From positions 122,315 through 186,314 of the forward strand of contig JAZKYL010000113.1 in the NCBI GenBank assembly GCA_045612105.1: a stretch of 64,000 bases of DNA. Reading direction: 5' to 3'. Under the pieces are notes generated by a model. The model saw nothing but the letters and a program-made list of their open reading frames with translations. It was not told the DNA's origin and ran no database searches. The stretch comes from Eubacteriales bacterium. GTDB taxonomy: Bacteria; Bacillota; Clostridia; Oscillospirales; CAG-272. Positions 55,233-63,954 of the stretch are shown piece by piece (positions within the stretch are counted from its first letter, which is position 1; every line of letters begins with the position of its first letter). Made by a program: the position numbers and the translations under genes.

Positions 55233-56438
55233 ATGAGCAAAAATAACAACTGCTGCAAAAAGACCTCTATCGGCGGTCAGGCTTTGATGGAAGGAATTAT
55301 GATGCGCGGTCCCGAGATCTCCGCTATGGCAGTGAGAAATCCTCAGGGCGAGATCGTGCTTGAAAAGTTCCCGTCAGAGACCAAAAAGCGCGCAAAATTC
55401 TTTAAGCTTCCAATAGTTCGCGGACTTTTCAACTATATAGACTCAATGTCTCTTGGAACCAAGTGTCTTATGCGCTCTGCCGAGATCTCGGGTCTTGAAG
55501 AAGCTGAGGAAGAGTTAAGACGCGAAAAAGAAGCGAAAAAAGCCGAAAAAGAGGCTAAAAAAGCGTCGAAAAAGGGAATAAAAGCAGAAGAAACCGTTGA
55601 AAACACCGAAAATGAGGCTGCCGAGACTACTTTAAGCGTTGAAGATAGTGCTGCTTCTGACGCGGAGATTGCCTCAGAAGAGAACAGCGACACTGTCGTT
55701 GAAGAAAAGCCTGCTGACGACAAGAAGAAAAAGGACGAATCGTCACTTACTATGGGCATTATTATGACAATCAGCGTCGTTTTAGGTCTTGCGCTTGCTA
55801 TCGGCTTGTTTTTCGTTCTTCCCACGTATATTTACAGCGGTGTTACCTATTTAATACCCGCTATCAAGCCTAAGGATCTTCTTATGAACTCACTTGTTCA
55901 GTCGGTATTTGAGGGTGTTATAAAGCTTGTGCTTATTATCGGATATATGGCGCTTATGACGCTTATGAAAGACATCAAGCGTACATTCCAGTTCCACGGC
56001 GCAGAGCACAAGACTATCTTCTGCTACGAATCTGGACTTGAGCTTACCGTTGAAAACGTAAGAAAGCAGAGAAGATTCCACCCCAGATGCGGCACCAGCT
56101 TCCTTATTTTGATGATCATCGTAAGCATATTTATCGGCTTCTTCATCACACCCTTGTATATATGGATACTTGGCGAGGAAACAGTTATGGCATTGGGTAA
56201 TTGGATGAACGCTATCAGAGCGGCAACGAGAATTTTGCTCATTCCCCTTATCGTCGGTATCGGTTACGAGCTTATAAAGATCGCGGGTAAGCACGACAAC
56301 TGGTTTACAAGATTCATTTCAGCTCCCGGTGTTTGGCTTCAGCATATTACGGTGCTCGAGCCCGACGACAGTATGATCGAGTGCGCTATCGCGGCAATGA
56401 AAGAAGTTATCCCCGAGGACGACAGCGATAAATGGTAA
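55233..56438 (+). CDS. DUF1385 (YqhQ-like) membrane protein with a ~95-aa charged low-complexity insertion
   Basis: SIGGQALMEGIMMRGP N-terminal signature and the HGAEHK motif. A K/E/A-rich segment lies at residues ~88-185. Confidence 0.8.
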   Translation: MSKNNNCCKKTSIGGQALMEGIMMRGPEISAMAVRNPQGEIVLEKFPSETKKRAKFFKLPIVRGLFNYIDSMSLGTKCLMRSAEISGLEEAEEELRREKEAKKAEKEAKKASKKGIKAEETVENTENEAAETTLSVEDSAASDAEIASEENSDTVVEEKPADDKKKKDESSLTMGIIMTISVVLGLALAIGLFFVLPTYIYSGVTYLIPAIKPKDLLMNSLVQSVFEGVIKLVLIIGYMALMTLMKDIKRTFQFHGAEHKTIFCYESGLELTVENVRKQRRFHPRCGTSFLILMIIVSIFIGFFITPLYIWILGEETVMALGNWMNAIRAATRILLIPLIVGIGYELIKIAGKHDNWFTRFISAPGVWLQHITVLEPDDSMIECAIAAMKEVIPEDDSDKW

Positions 56439-56468
56439 TTTGTTAATAATAGGATTGGAGATATAGCT

Positions 56469-57191
56469 ATGAAAATTTTGAAATTTGCGACTTACGACGA
56501 AATGAGCGCGGCTGCTGCCGATATTCTTGCGAAGCAGATCAGCATTAAGAAGGATTCTGTTTTGGGTCTTGCAACCGGTTCCACACCCGTTGGAACTTAT
56601 AAAAGACTTGTTGAAATGAACAAGTCGGGAATGATCGATTTTTCTGAGATCAAGACCGTAAACCTTGACGAATACTATCCTATTTCTCCCGAAAACAAGC
56701 AGAGCTATCGTTATTTTATGAACGAAAATCTTTTTGATCACGTTAATATCAACAAGGCAAACACCTACGTTCCCGACGGTATGGCAGAGGATGCAGACCT
56801 GGCTTGCGAGAACCATGAAAAGATCATTCGCGCTCTCGGTGGAATCGATATTCAGGTTCTTGGCATCGGACAGAACGGTCACATCGGTTTCAACGAGCCC
56901 GAGGAAAATCTCTCGCTCTTTACTCACAAGACCGCACTCACCGAGAACACCATCCAAGCAAACTCCAGATTCTTCTCCGAGGACGAGGTTATTCCCACTA
57001 TGGCTCTCACCATGGGTATGGGAACTATTTTCAGCGCAAAGAAGATTCTTCTTCTCATCAACGGCAAGAATAAGAGAGATGCATTTGAACAGCTCTTTAC
57101 CGACAAAATCACCACGTCCTGCCCCGCAACACTTTTGAAGCTTCATCCCAACGTAACTATTCTTTGTGACAGTGAAGCTTACGGCGAGTAA
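56469..57191 (+). CDS. nagB: glucosamine-6-phosphate deaminase
   Basis: GLATGSTP and LGIGQNGHIGFNEP motifs. Confidence 0.92.
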   Translation: MKILKFATYDEMSAAAADILAKQISIKKDSVLGLATGSTPVGTYKRLVEMNKSGMIDFSEIKTVNLDEYYPISPENKQSYRYFMNENLFDHVNINKANTYVPDGMAEDADLACENHEKIIRALGGIDIQVLGIGQNGHIGFNEPEENLSLFTHKTALTENTIQANSRFFSEDEVIPTMALTMGMGTIFSAKKILLLINGKNKRDAFEQLFTDKITTSCPATLLKLHPNVTILCDSEAYGE

Positions 57192-57310
57192 CGTGAAAGT
57201 TACTATCTTTCTTATAGTGAAGCGAACTTTTTCACGCGCGAATTTTGCCTTACGGCAAAATTCATCGATCACAAATTGTGCCGCCGTTTGGCGGCGGAAT
57301 GGAGATTAAT
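57192..57310 (+). promoter_or_regulatory. copy C of the recurrent three-hairpin leader/intercistronic element
   Basis: Fills the entire nagB-to-UPF0340 spacer. H1: CGUGAAAG…CUUUUUCACG. H2: GAAUUUUGCC-uuac-GGCAAAAUUC (57240-57263). H3: GCCGCC-guuu-GGCGGC (57280-57295). GGAG at 57301, ATG at 57311. Confidence 0.7.
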
Positions 57311-57892
57311 ATGTCAGAGAATTATAGAGGTGCAGACGCGACGGTAGACGTAGCATTTGCTGAAGAGATAAGAAAAGCGACCGAAACCGCCATAAACGAG
57401 GCTATTGAGGGCGCAAACATTAAAACGGGAGACATTTTCGTTATCGGTTGCTCCTCCTCCGAGATACTCGGCTCAAAGATCGGTAAGGGCTCAAGCTTTG
57501 AAGCGGCAAGAATAGTTTTTGATACGATATATACCCGTCTTAGCGAAAAGGGAATCCACCTTGCGGCTCAATGCTGTGAGCATCTGAACAGAGCTCTTGT
57601 AATCGAAAGAGAGTGCGCAGAAAAATACGGTCTTGATCCCGTTGCCGTTATCCCTCAGCCCAAGGCAGGCGGCTCATTTGCTACTTTAACCTTTGAAAAT
57701 ATGAAAAATCCCGTAGTAGTTGAGCATATCCGAGCTCACGCGGGACTTGACATCGGTCTTACTCTTATCGGTATGCATCTGCGTGACGTTGCCGTTCCGC
57801 TTCGTCTTTCGGTTAATAAGATCGGTGAAGCCAACATCGTTTGCGCTTACACAAGGCCAAAGTTTATCGGTGGAATCAGGGCAACATATTAA
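57311..57892 (+). CDS. UPF0340/TIGR01440-family protein (YwlG-like)
   Basis: …GDIFVIGCSSSEI…AAQCCEHLNRALV…GLDIGLTLIGMH… is typical of the family. Start at 57311; the track start at 57245 is a TTG inside hairpin H2. Confidence 0.8.
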   Translation: MSENYRGADATVDVAFAEEIRKATETAINEAIEGANIKTGDIFVIGCSSSEILGSKIGKGSSFEAARIVFDTIYTRLSEKGIHLAAQCCEHLNRALVIERECAEKYGLDPVAVIPQPKAGGSFATLTFENMKNPVVVEHIRAHAGLDIGLTLIGMHLRDVAVPLRLSVNKIGEANIVCAYTRPKFIGGIRATY

Positions 57893-57898
57893 TAATAG

Positions 57899-57936
57899 AT
57901 ATGGGAAGAAACGCGTGGTTTCTCCCCATATTTTTT
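57899..57936. terminator. bidirectional terminator
   Basis: ATATGGGAAGAAAC-gcgu-GGTTTCTCCCCATAT followed by TTTTTT. Confidence 0.8.
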
Positions 57937-58888
57937 ATAGTTGCTCGATAGCTTCTTTCAGCGAGCTTGCCGATTCAAGTAGTCTCGAATGTTCATTTTT
58001 ATCAAGTGGGATCTCAAGTATCTGCTCGATACCGTTTCTTCCTACGATGCAGGGAATTCCCATACAAACGTCATAAACACTGTATTCGCCCGAAAGTTTG
58101 GTGGAAACGGGAAGAATGGTATGCTCGTCGTTTACGATAGCCGAGACTATTCTGCGAACCGAATCGGCAATTCCGTAATAGGTTGCGCCCTTTGCCTCGA
58201 TAATTCGGTATGCACTGCTCATAACTTCGGCACTAAGACGGTCGAGTGCGGAACGGTCGAATTCCATCTTTCGCTCCTTGCAATAGCTGTCCAGATCTAT
58301 TCCGGAGACGTTTGCGCTACTCCAAACCGCCACCTCGCTGTCGCCATGCTCACCGATAACGAAGGAGTGTACGTTTCTGCTGTCAACTCCAAGATATCTG
58401 CCCACAAGCTCCTTGAGTCTTGCGGTATCAAGTACAGTTCCGGAGCCGATAACTCTTGATGCCGGAAATCCCGATTTCGCAAGTGTGATATAGGTAAGAA
58501 TATCAACGGGATTAGTAACTACTAAAAGAAGCGCGTCCTTGTTATATTCAATTATGCTATCAACTATTCCACGGAATATCTTGGCATTTTTCTGTAAGAG
58601 ATCAAGTCTTGTCTGCCCGGGAGTTTGATTGACTCCGGCGGTAATAATTATAAGTCCACAGTCAGCAAGATCGCAGTAATCTCCCGCAATTATTTCCATA
58701 GGAGAATTAAAGGGAAGCGCGTGGGAAATATCCTCCGCCTCGCCGTATGCCTTTTTCTTGTTAATATCGATCAAAACGAGCTTTGAAAGCAGCTTACTGT
58801 GCATAAGCGCGTAAGCCGTCGCCGCTCCTACGTTTCCACAACCGATTATGGCGCAGGAACGAATATTTATTTCTGTTTTATTTGTCAT
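57935..58888 (-). CDS. ldh: L-lactate dehydrogenase
   Basis: IIGCGNVGAA, TAGVNQ and GEHGDS motifs. GGGAGG SD precedes the ATG at 58888; the track start is a TTG. Confidence 0.92.
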   Translation of the reverse strand: MTNKTEINIRSCAIIGCGNVGAATAYALMHSKLLSKLVLIDINKKKAYGEAEDISHALPFNSPMEIIAGDYCDLADCGLIIITAGVNQTPGQTRLDLLQKNAKIFRGIVDSIIEYNKDALLLVVTNPVDILTYITLAKSGFPASRVIGSGTVLDTARLKELVGRYLGVDSRNVHSFVIGEHGDSEVAVWSSANVSGIDLDSYCKERKMEFDRSALDRLSAEVMSSAYRIIEAKGATYYGIADSVRRIVSAIVNDEHTILPVSTKLSGEYSVYDVCMGIPCIVGRNGIEQILEIPLDKNEHSRLLESASSLKEAIEQL

Positions 58889-59043
58889 TTTGTCAAACCT
58901 CCCATTTTTTATGATTATTGACAATTTTATTTCTAAATATTAAATGTTAATGGGTTTTACTATAATTTACAGCAAATTCACATATTTAAAAACGTAAAAT
59001 GCTATAATGATTACAATGAGTAAAACACACGGAGGACATATTT

Positions 59044-59307
59044 ATGAGAAGACAAGAAATCATTGTCATTGAAGAAAAGAAGACTTCTCCCTTGAAGGTT
59101 ATCTTTGTTATTGCTACAGCACTTCTCGCTGTTGCTGCGGCAGCTGCGGCTGTGTATCTTTATCTTAACAAGAATATCAAATCAAAGATTCTTGGTCACG
59201 TTGATATCGACGGTGACGGAGAAGCAGATGCTATTATGCTTGATACCACAGGCGACGGAGAAATCGATACTATAGTTTTAAAATCCGATCTCGAAGACGA
59301 GGAATAA
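59044..59307 (+). CDS. small single-pass membrane protein with two DxDGDG-type Ca-binding-like motifs
   Basis: GGAGG SD, a TM helix (VIFVIATALLAVAAAAAAVYLYL), then DIDGDGEADAIML / DTTGDGEIDTIVL; a terminator follows. Confidence 0.6.
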   Translation: MRRQEIIVIEEKKTSPLKVIFVIATALLAVAAAAAAVYLYLNKNIKSKILGHVDIDGDGEADAIMLDTTGDGEIDTIVLKSDLEDEE

Positions 59308-59314
59308 TCTGCAA

Positions 59315-59360
59315 TAAAGAAGACGGTTGCTAAATCAGTCAACCGTCTTCTTTATTTTTG
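59315..59360. terminator. bidirectional terminator
   Basis: AAGAAGACGGTTG-n10-CAACCGTCTTCTTTATTTTT. Confidence 0.85.
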
Positions 59361-59397
59361 TTTTGTGTTTCAGTAATTAACTATAGAGCAGCAGCAA

Positions 59398-59511
59398 TCA
59401 GATCATATTGAAAATCAGAGCAATGGCTGTATATGCAGAGCCAAGACCCATAAGAGCTACTAAAAGTATAGCCATAAACTTTACCCAAAACTTTCTCTTC
59501 TTATCTCCCAT
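59398..59511 (-). CDS. 37-aa single-TM small protein (absent from the ORF track)
   Basis: MGDKKRKFWVKFMAILLVALMGLGSAYTAIALIFNMI. Strong AAGAGGTGA SD 5-7 nt upstream, 31 nt downstream of the topoisomerase gene and before the terminator. Confidence 0.5.
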   Translation of the reverse strand: MGDKKRKFWVKFMAILLVALMGLGSAYTAIALIFNMI

Positions 59512-59542
59512 TTTTATCACCTCTTTTTTTGTTATACTATTT

Positions 59543-61786
59543 TTATACTTCGTCAATGCTTATCTGTCGGTTTTTTATATCTTTATCACTGAGCAGAGAG
59601 CCGCTTGCGGGTAGCTTCAGCTTTCGAAGTCCCTTTGTTTTGTCCGAATCTCCGTCAAAGTCCGAAATAGCGCTTACTATTGTTTGATTCTTCTTAAGAG
59701 TCATAAGCTGAACTCCGATAGAAGTCTTTGTGGTCTTGACGGGAATCAGGGATGATTTGAATATAATAGCTCTGTCGTCGTTTGAGATCATCATTATCTC
59801 GAACGGCTTCTTTTCGTTTTCGGAGAACACGGCAACTATTGGCGACGCAGTAGAGAACACTCCCTTAAGTTTACGACGAATGCTGGAGGTTTCGTATGCC
59901 TTTTCGGGAATTCTCACCCCCTTACCGTTTTCAAATATAAATACGTAGTTATAACCATCTCTGAATTCGCTTTGAAGCGACATAAATACCGGCTTTTCGC
60001 CCGCATCCATCTTAAGTTCGGAAGGAACAAACTGACCGATAACAGATGCTTTGCAGTTTTCAAAGTCATTTATCGCCGCACGGTAAAGCTGACCCTTATC
60101 GGTGAAGAAGAGCAAAGTATCTTTGTTCTCAGCGTCGAAAATCTGCCTGAGTCCGTCGCCGTCCTTGAAATACTGCTCGTCATTACCCTGAAGCGAACGG
60201 TAAGTGATCTTCTTGAAGTATCCTTCACGAGAAAGAACGATCTTGCAAGGATAATTCTCGACTGTTTCTTCCTCAACATAAGTCTCAATGGTATCAGAAT
60301 GGATTATCTGGGTTTTTCTCGGCTGACCGTATTTTTTCTTTATCTCAAGCAGCTGACTTGCGATAAGTGCTTTAAGCTTGAATTCATCGGCAAGTATCTC
60401 TTCGATCTCGGCTATCTCTTTCTTGAGGTCTTCGATCTCGGAAATACGGTTGATAATATACTCACGGTTAAGATTACGGAGCTTGATATCTGCGATGTAG
60501 TTTGCCTGTATCTCATCAATACTAAAGCCTACGCAAAGGTTGGGAATAACGTCCTCATCCTTTTCGGTCTTACGGATTATTCTGATTGCCTTATCGATGT
60601 CAAGAAGGATTTTGCCAAGACCTAAGAGTAAGTGGAGCTTGTCCTTCTTTTTGCCAAGATCGAATTCAAGCTCTCGGCTGAGGCAGACCATTCGGAAGGC
60701 TATCCACTCGGAAAGTATCTCAATAACACCCATCTGGCGAGGCTCGGCATCAATAATTATATTGAAATTACACTTGAAGCTGTTTTCAAGAGGGGTAGAT
60801 TTAAAGAGCTTTTGCATAAGCTTGTCGGGGTCGACACCCTTACGCAGGTCAAGAGTCAGCTTAAGACCCTCCTTGTCGGTCTCATCTCTGAAATCCACGA
60901 CCTCCTTAAGCTTTCCTTCCTTAACCAGTACGGACACCTTATTAAGTATCTGTTCAATCGTAGTGGAATAGGGAATTTGAAAAATATCGATACAGTTAGC
61001 GGAAGGATCATATGAATATCTTGATCGGATTTTGAAAGAACCGTCACCCGTTTCGTAGATCGACTTCATCTGCTCATAATCATAGATTATCTGACCGCCG
61101 CCCGGGAAGTCGGGAGCCTTGATAATATCCATTATCTTTTCGGTGGTGATATTGGGCTTTTTAAGTATCGCGATAGTACCGTCACAGATTTCTGAGAGAT
61201 TAAAAGAACATATATCAGATGCCATACCAACGGCAATTCCGCTATTTGGCGAGACGAGAATGTTTGGGAATGCGGTGGGAAGCAACTGAGGCTCCTTCAT
61301 TGTACCGTCGTAGTTATCTATCATCTCAACGGCATTTTTATCAATTCCCGTAAACAAGGTCTCACAGAAAGCATCAAGCTTCGCCTCAGTATAACGGGGT
61401 GCCGCAAATTTGGTTTCTGACGAATACTGCTTGCCGAAGTTACCCTTGGAGTCGACGAAGGGATGAAGCAAAGTCTCGTTGCCTCTCGTCAGACGAACCA
61501 TTGTCTCGTAGATCGATTGGTCACCGTGAGGGTGGAGCTTCATAACCGCACCAACAATATTTGCGCTCTTGGTTCGGGGCCCCTTCAAAAGACCCATATT
61601 ATACATTGTATAAAGGATCTTTCTGTGAGCGGGCTTGAAGCCGTCTATCTCGGGAATGGCACGGGAAACTATAACGCTCATAGTATATGGCATATAGTTT
61701 TTCTCGATGGTTTCTGTTATAGGCTGAGGCAATATGGGGGCATAAACGATTTCTTTGACTTCGTTTTGTTTCTTTTTCTTTGCCAT
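59543..61786 (-). CDS. type IIA DNA topoisomerase subunit A (ParC/GyrA-like)
   Basis: …RAIPEIDGFKPAHRKILY…HPHGD…APRYTEAKL (active-site Tyr) followed by a beta-pinwheel C-terminal domain; 747 aa. Confidence 0.88.
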   Translation of the reverse strand: MAKKKKQNEVKEIVYAPILPQPITETIEKNYMPYTMSVIVSRAIPEIDGFKPAHRKILYTMYNMGLLKGPRTKSANIVGAVMKLHPHGDQSIYETMVRLTRGNETLLHPFVDSKGNFGKQYSSETKFAAPRYTEAKLDAFCETLFTGIDKNAVEMIDNYDGTMKEPQLLPTAFPNILVSPNSGIAVGMASDICSFNLSEICDGTIAILKKPNITTEKIMDIIKAPDFPGGGQIIYDYEQMKSIYETGDGSFKIRSRYSYDPSANCIDIFQIPYSTTIEQILNKVSVLVKEGKLKEVVDFRDETDKEGLKLTLDLRKGVDPDKLMQKLFKSTPLENSFKCNFNIIIDAEPRQMGVIEILSEWIAFRMVCLSRELEFDLGKKKDKLHLLLGLGKILLDIDKAIRIIRKTEKDEDVIPNLCVGFSIDEIQANYIADIKLRNLNREYIINRISEIEDLKKEIAEIEEILADEFKLKALIASQLLEIKKKYGQPRKTQIIHSDTIETYVEEETVENYPCKIVLSREGYFKKITYRSLQGNDEQYFKDGDGLRQIFDAENKDTLLFFTDKGQLYRAAINDFENCKASVIGQFVPSELKMDAGEKPVFMSLQSEFRDGYNYVFIFENGKGVRIPEKAYETSSIRRKLKGVFSTASPIVAVFSENEKKPFEIMMISNDDRAIIFKSSLIPVKTTKTSIGVQLMTLKKNQTIVSAISDFDGDSDKTKGLRKLKLPASGSLLSDKDIKNRQISIDEV

Positions 61787-61818
61787 TTATATATTTACCT
61801 TTCGTATATTTTTCAACG

Positions 61819-62856
61819 TCATATTTTCAGTACCGTATGCGCCGCCGCGCGGATCATTCGGTTATAAAGAGCAAGTCCCAAGCCCTCTTTATCGGGAATA
61901 TGGGCATAGATTATATCGGGAGAGAGGGAATCGCACTCGCGGAGTCTCGCGAAAAGCATTTTCGCGTGTGTTTTCAGGTCTCCGCGGCGACCTATCGGCA
62001 ACAAAAGCTTATTTTCAAGCAATTCTGCCTCCTCGTCGTAACAGAGGATAGCACATTTGCGTGTTTTTTGCTCGTTTCTTAAAAATTCAATGATTTTATC
62101 GTCTTCACCGTCGAGAAGCACGAATTGTGCAGTGGGTGCGTAGTGCTTGTATTTCATTCCTGGGGATAGGGGGTGCTCGTTTTCGCTTAAAGTCCCCTCA
62201 AGGGTAGGGGAAATCGTCACATTGTCGCAAACACAACAAAGTGCGTCGTAGGTGATGGCTCCCGGACGGAGCAATATAAGTCCGCCGTCCTTTGTAACCA
62301 TAACTATTGTTGATTCAAGACCTATCTCGCAAGCACCGCCGTCGATTATCATATCAACTCTGCCGTCAAAATCCTCGATAACGTACTCAACCGCCGTGGT
62401 AGACGGCTTTCCCGAAATATTAGCCGATGGAGCGGCGATGGGAATTCCTGCCGCCTCGATTATGGCATGAGCCACGGGATGGGATGGGCAACGGATTGCA
62501 ACCGTATCGAGTCCTCCCGTAGTTTCATAGGGAACAGTATCCTTTTTGGGAAGAATGACCGTCAAAGGTCCCGGCATAAAGGCTTTGGCGAGTTTATAAT
62601 AGATCTCGTTTGTAAATGCATATTTTTCCGCATCACGAGGATCGGCAATATGTATTATCAAGGGGTTGTCCGAGGGACGCCCTTTTGCCGCGTATATTTT
62701 TTTTGATGATTGTGGATTGGTGCCGTCTCCGCCAAGACCGTAGACCGTCTCGGTGGGGATGACAACCAATCCACCGCCACAGAGAAGAGCCGCCGCTTGC
62801 GCGATGTCTTCTTTTTGTATACTTACGTCGTCTATTTTAACTATTTTAGTTACCAT
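61819..62856 (-). CDS. tsaC: L-threonylcarbamoyladenylate synthase (Sua5/YwlC type)
   Basis: VIPTETVYGLG and KGRPSDNPLI motifs plus a Sua5 C-terminal domain; 345 aa. Confidence 0.88.
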   Translation of the reverse strand: MVTKIVKIDDVSIQKEDIAQAAALLCGGGLVVIPTETVYGLGGDGTNPQSSKKIYAAKGRPSDNPLIIHIADPRDAEKYAFTNEIYYKLAKAFMPGPLTVILPKKDTVPYETTGGLDTVAIRCPSHPVAHAIIEAAGIPIAAPSANISGKPSTTAVEYVIEDFDGRVDMIIDGGACEIGLESTIVMVTKDGGLILLRPGAITYDALCCVCDNVTISPTLEGTLSENEHPLSPGMKYKHYAPTAQFVLLDGEDDKIIEFLRNEQKTRKCAILCYDEEAELLENKLLLPIGRRGDLKTHAKMLFARLRECDSLSPDIIYAHIPDKEGLGLALYNRMIRAAAHTVLKI

Positions 62857-62877
62857 AGCGGCTCCTTTCTGAATTAA

Positions 62878-63954
62878 TTAGTTATTGCTTTCGGCTTTCA
62901 GCTTTTCCGCAGTGTCTGCCGCGATAAGCGAGTCTATCATCTGTCCGATGTTTCCGTTGACAAAGCTGTCAAGGGAGTGGATGGTAACGCCGATCCTATG
63001 ATCGGTAACACGGTTTTGAGGATAGTTATAGGTGCGGATCTTTTCGCTTCTGTCTCCCGTGCCTACCTGACTCTTTCTGTCGGAGGCAACCTTTTCGGAT
63101 TGCTCTCTCTGCTTTATATCGTAAAGCTTTGCGCGGAGCATCTTGAGAGCCTTATCCTTGTTTTTGAACTGAGAACGCTCTTCCTGACATTCTATTACGA
63201 TGCCGGTAGGCTTGTGAGTCAGACGAACCGCGGACTCGGTTTTGTTGATGTGCTGACCGCCTGCACCGCTGGACTTGCAGGATTCGTATATAAGGTCGGA
63301 ATCCTTGATCTCGATTTCAACGTCCTCGACCTCGGGAAGGACCGCAACGGTGGCTGTAGAGGTCTGAATACGTCCTTGAGACTCGGTCTCGGGAACTCGC
63401 TGAACTCGGTGAACACCTGATTCAAACTTAAATCTTGAGTAAGCTCCGTCACCTTCAACAGTGAAGGAAATTTCCTTGAATCCGCCGAGCTCGGTCTCGT
63501 TTGCATTTGCAATTGAGACCTTGAAACCGACTGTTGCCGCATACATAGAGTACATACGGTAGAGAACTGCGGCAAAGAGACCCGCCTCCTCGCCGCCCGC
63601 ACCGGCGCGGATTTCAACGATAATATTTTTATCGTCGTTGGGGTCACGTGGAAGCAGCAGGACGGTCAATTCTTCAGCAAGACGTTCAACTCTTGCTTTA
63701 GCATCTTTTAGCTCATCTTGAGCCATAGCGCGAAGCTCCTCGTCGTCAGCCTCCTCGATAAGAAGCAGAGCCTCCTCAATATCGCTCTCGGCCCTCTTAT
63801 ATTCGCGGTATTTTTCTACCACGGGAGTCAAAGAGCGATATTCTTTTATTGCTTTTGCATAGGCTTGCGCATCTGTGATTAGAGAAGTATTATTGGCAAG
63901 CTCGTATTCGAGCCTGTCATATTTTTGGGCTGTATCTACAAGCTTTTCAAACAT
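62878..63954 (-). CDS. prfA: peptide chain release factor 1
   Basis: PxT-type RF1 pattern and the SGAGGQHINKTESAVRLTH (GGQ) motif. Confidence 0.95.
   Translation of the reverse strand: MFEKLVDTAQKYDRLEYELANNTSLITDAQAYAKAIKEYRSLTPVVEKYREYKRAESDIEEALLLIEEADDEELRAMAQDELKDAKARVERLAEELTVLLLPRDPNDDKNIIVEIRAGAGGEEAGLFAAVLYRMYSMYAATVGFKVSIANANETELGGFKEISFTVEGDGAYSRFKFESGVHRVQRVPETESQGRIQTSTATVAVLPEVEDVEIEIKDSDLIYESCKSSGAGGQHINKTESAVRLTHKPTGIVIECQEERSQFKNKDKALKMLRAKLYDIKQREQSEKVASDRKSQVGTGDRSEKIRTYNYPQNRVTDHRIGVTIHSLDSFVNGNIGQMIDSLIAADTAEKLKAESNN

Noticed and set aside
58889-59043. Rex operator upstream of ldh
   Set aside because: Only one half-site (TGTGAA/TTCACA) is present. The second half at the expected 6-nt spacing does not match TTGTGAA-N6-TTCACAA.
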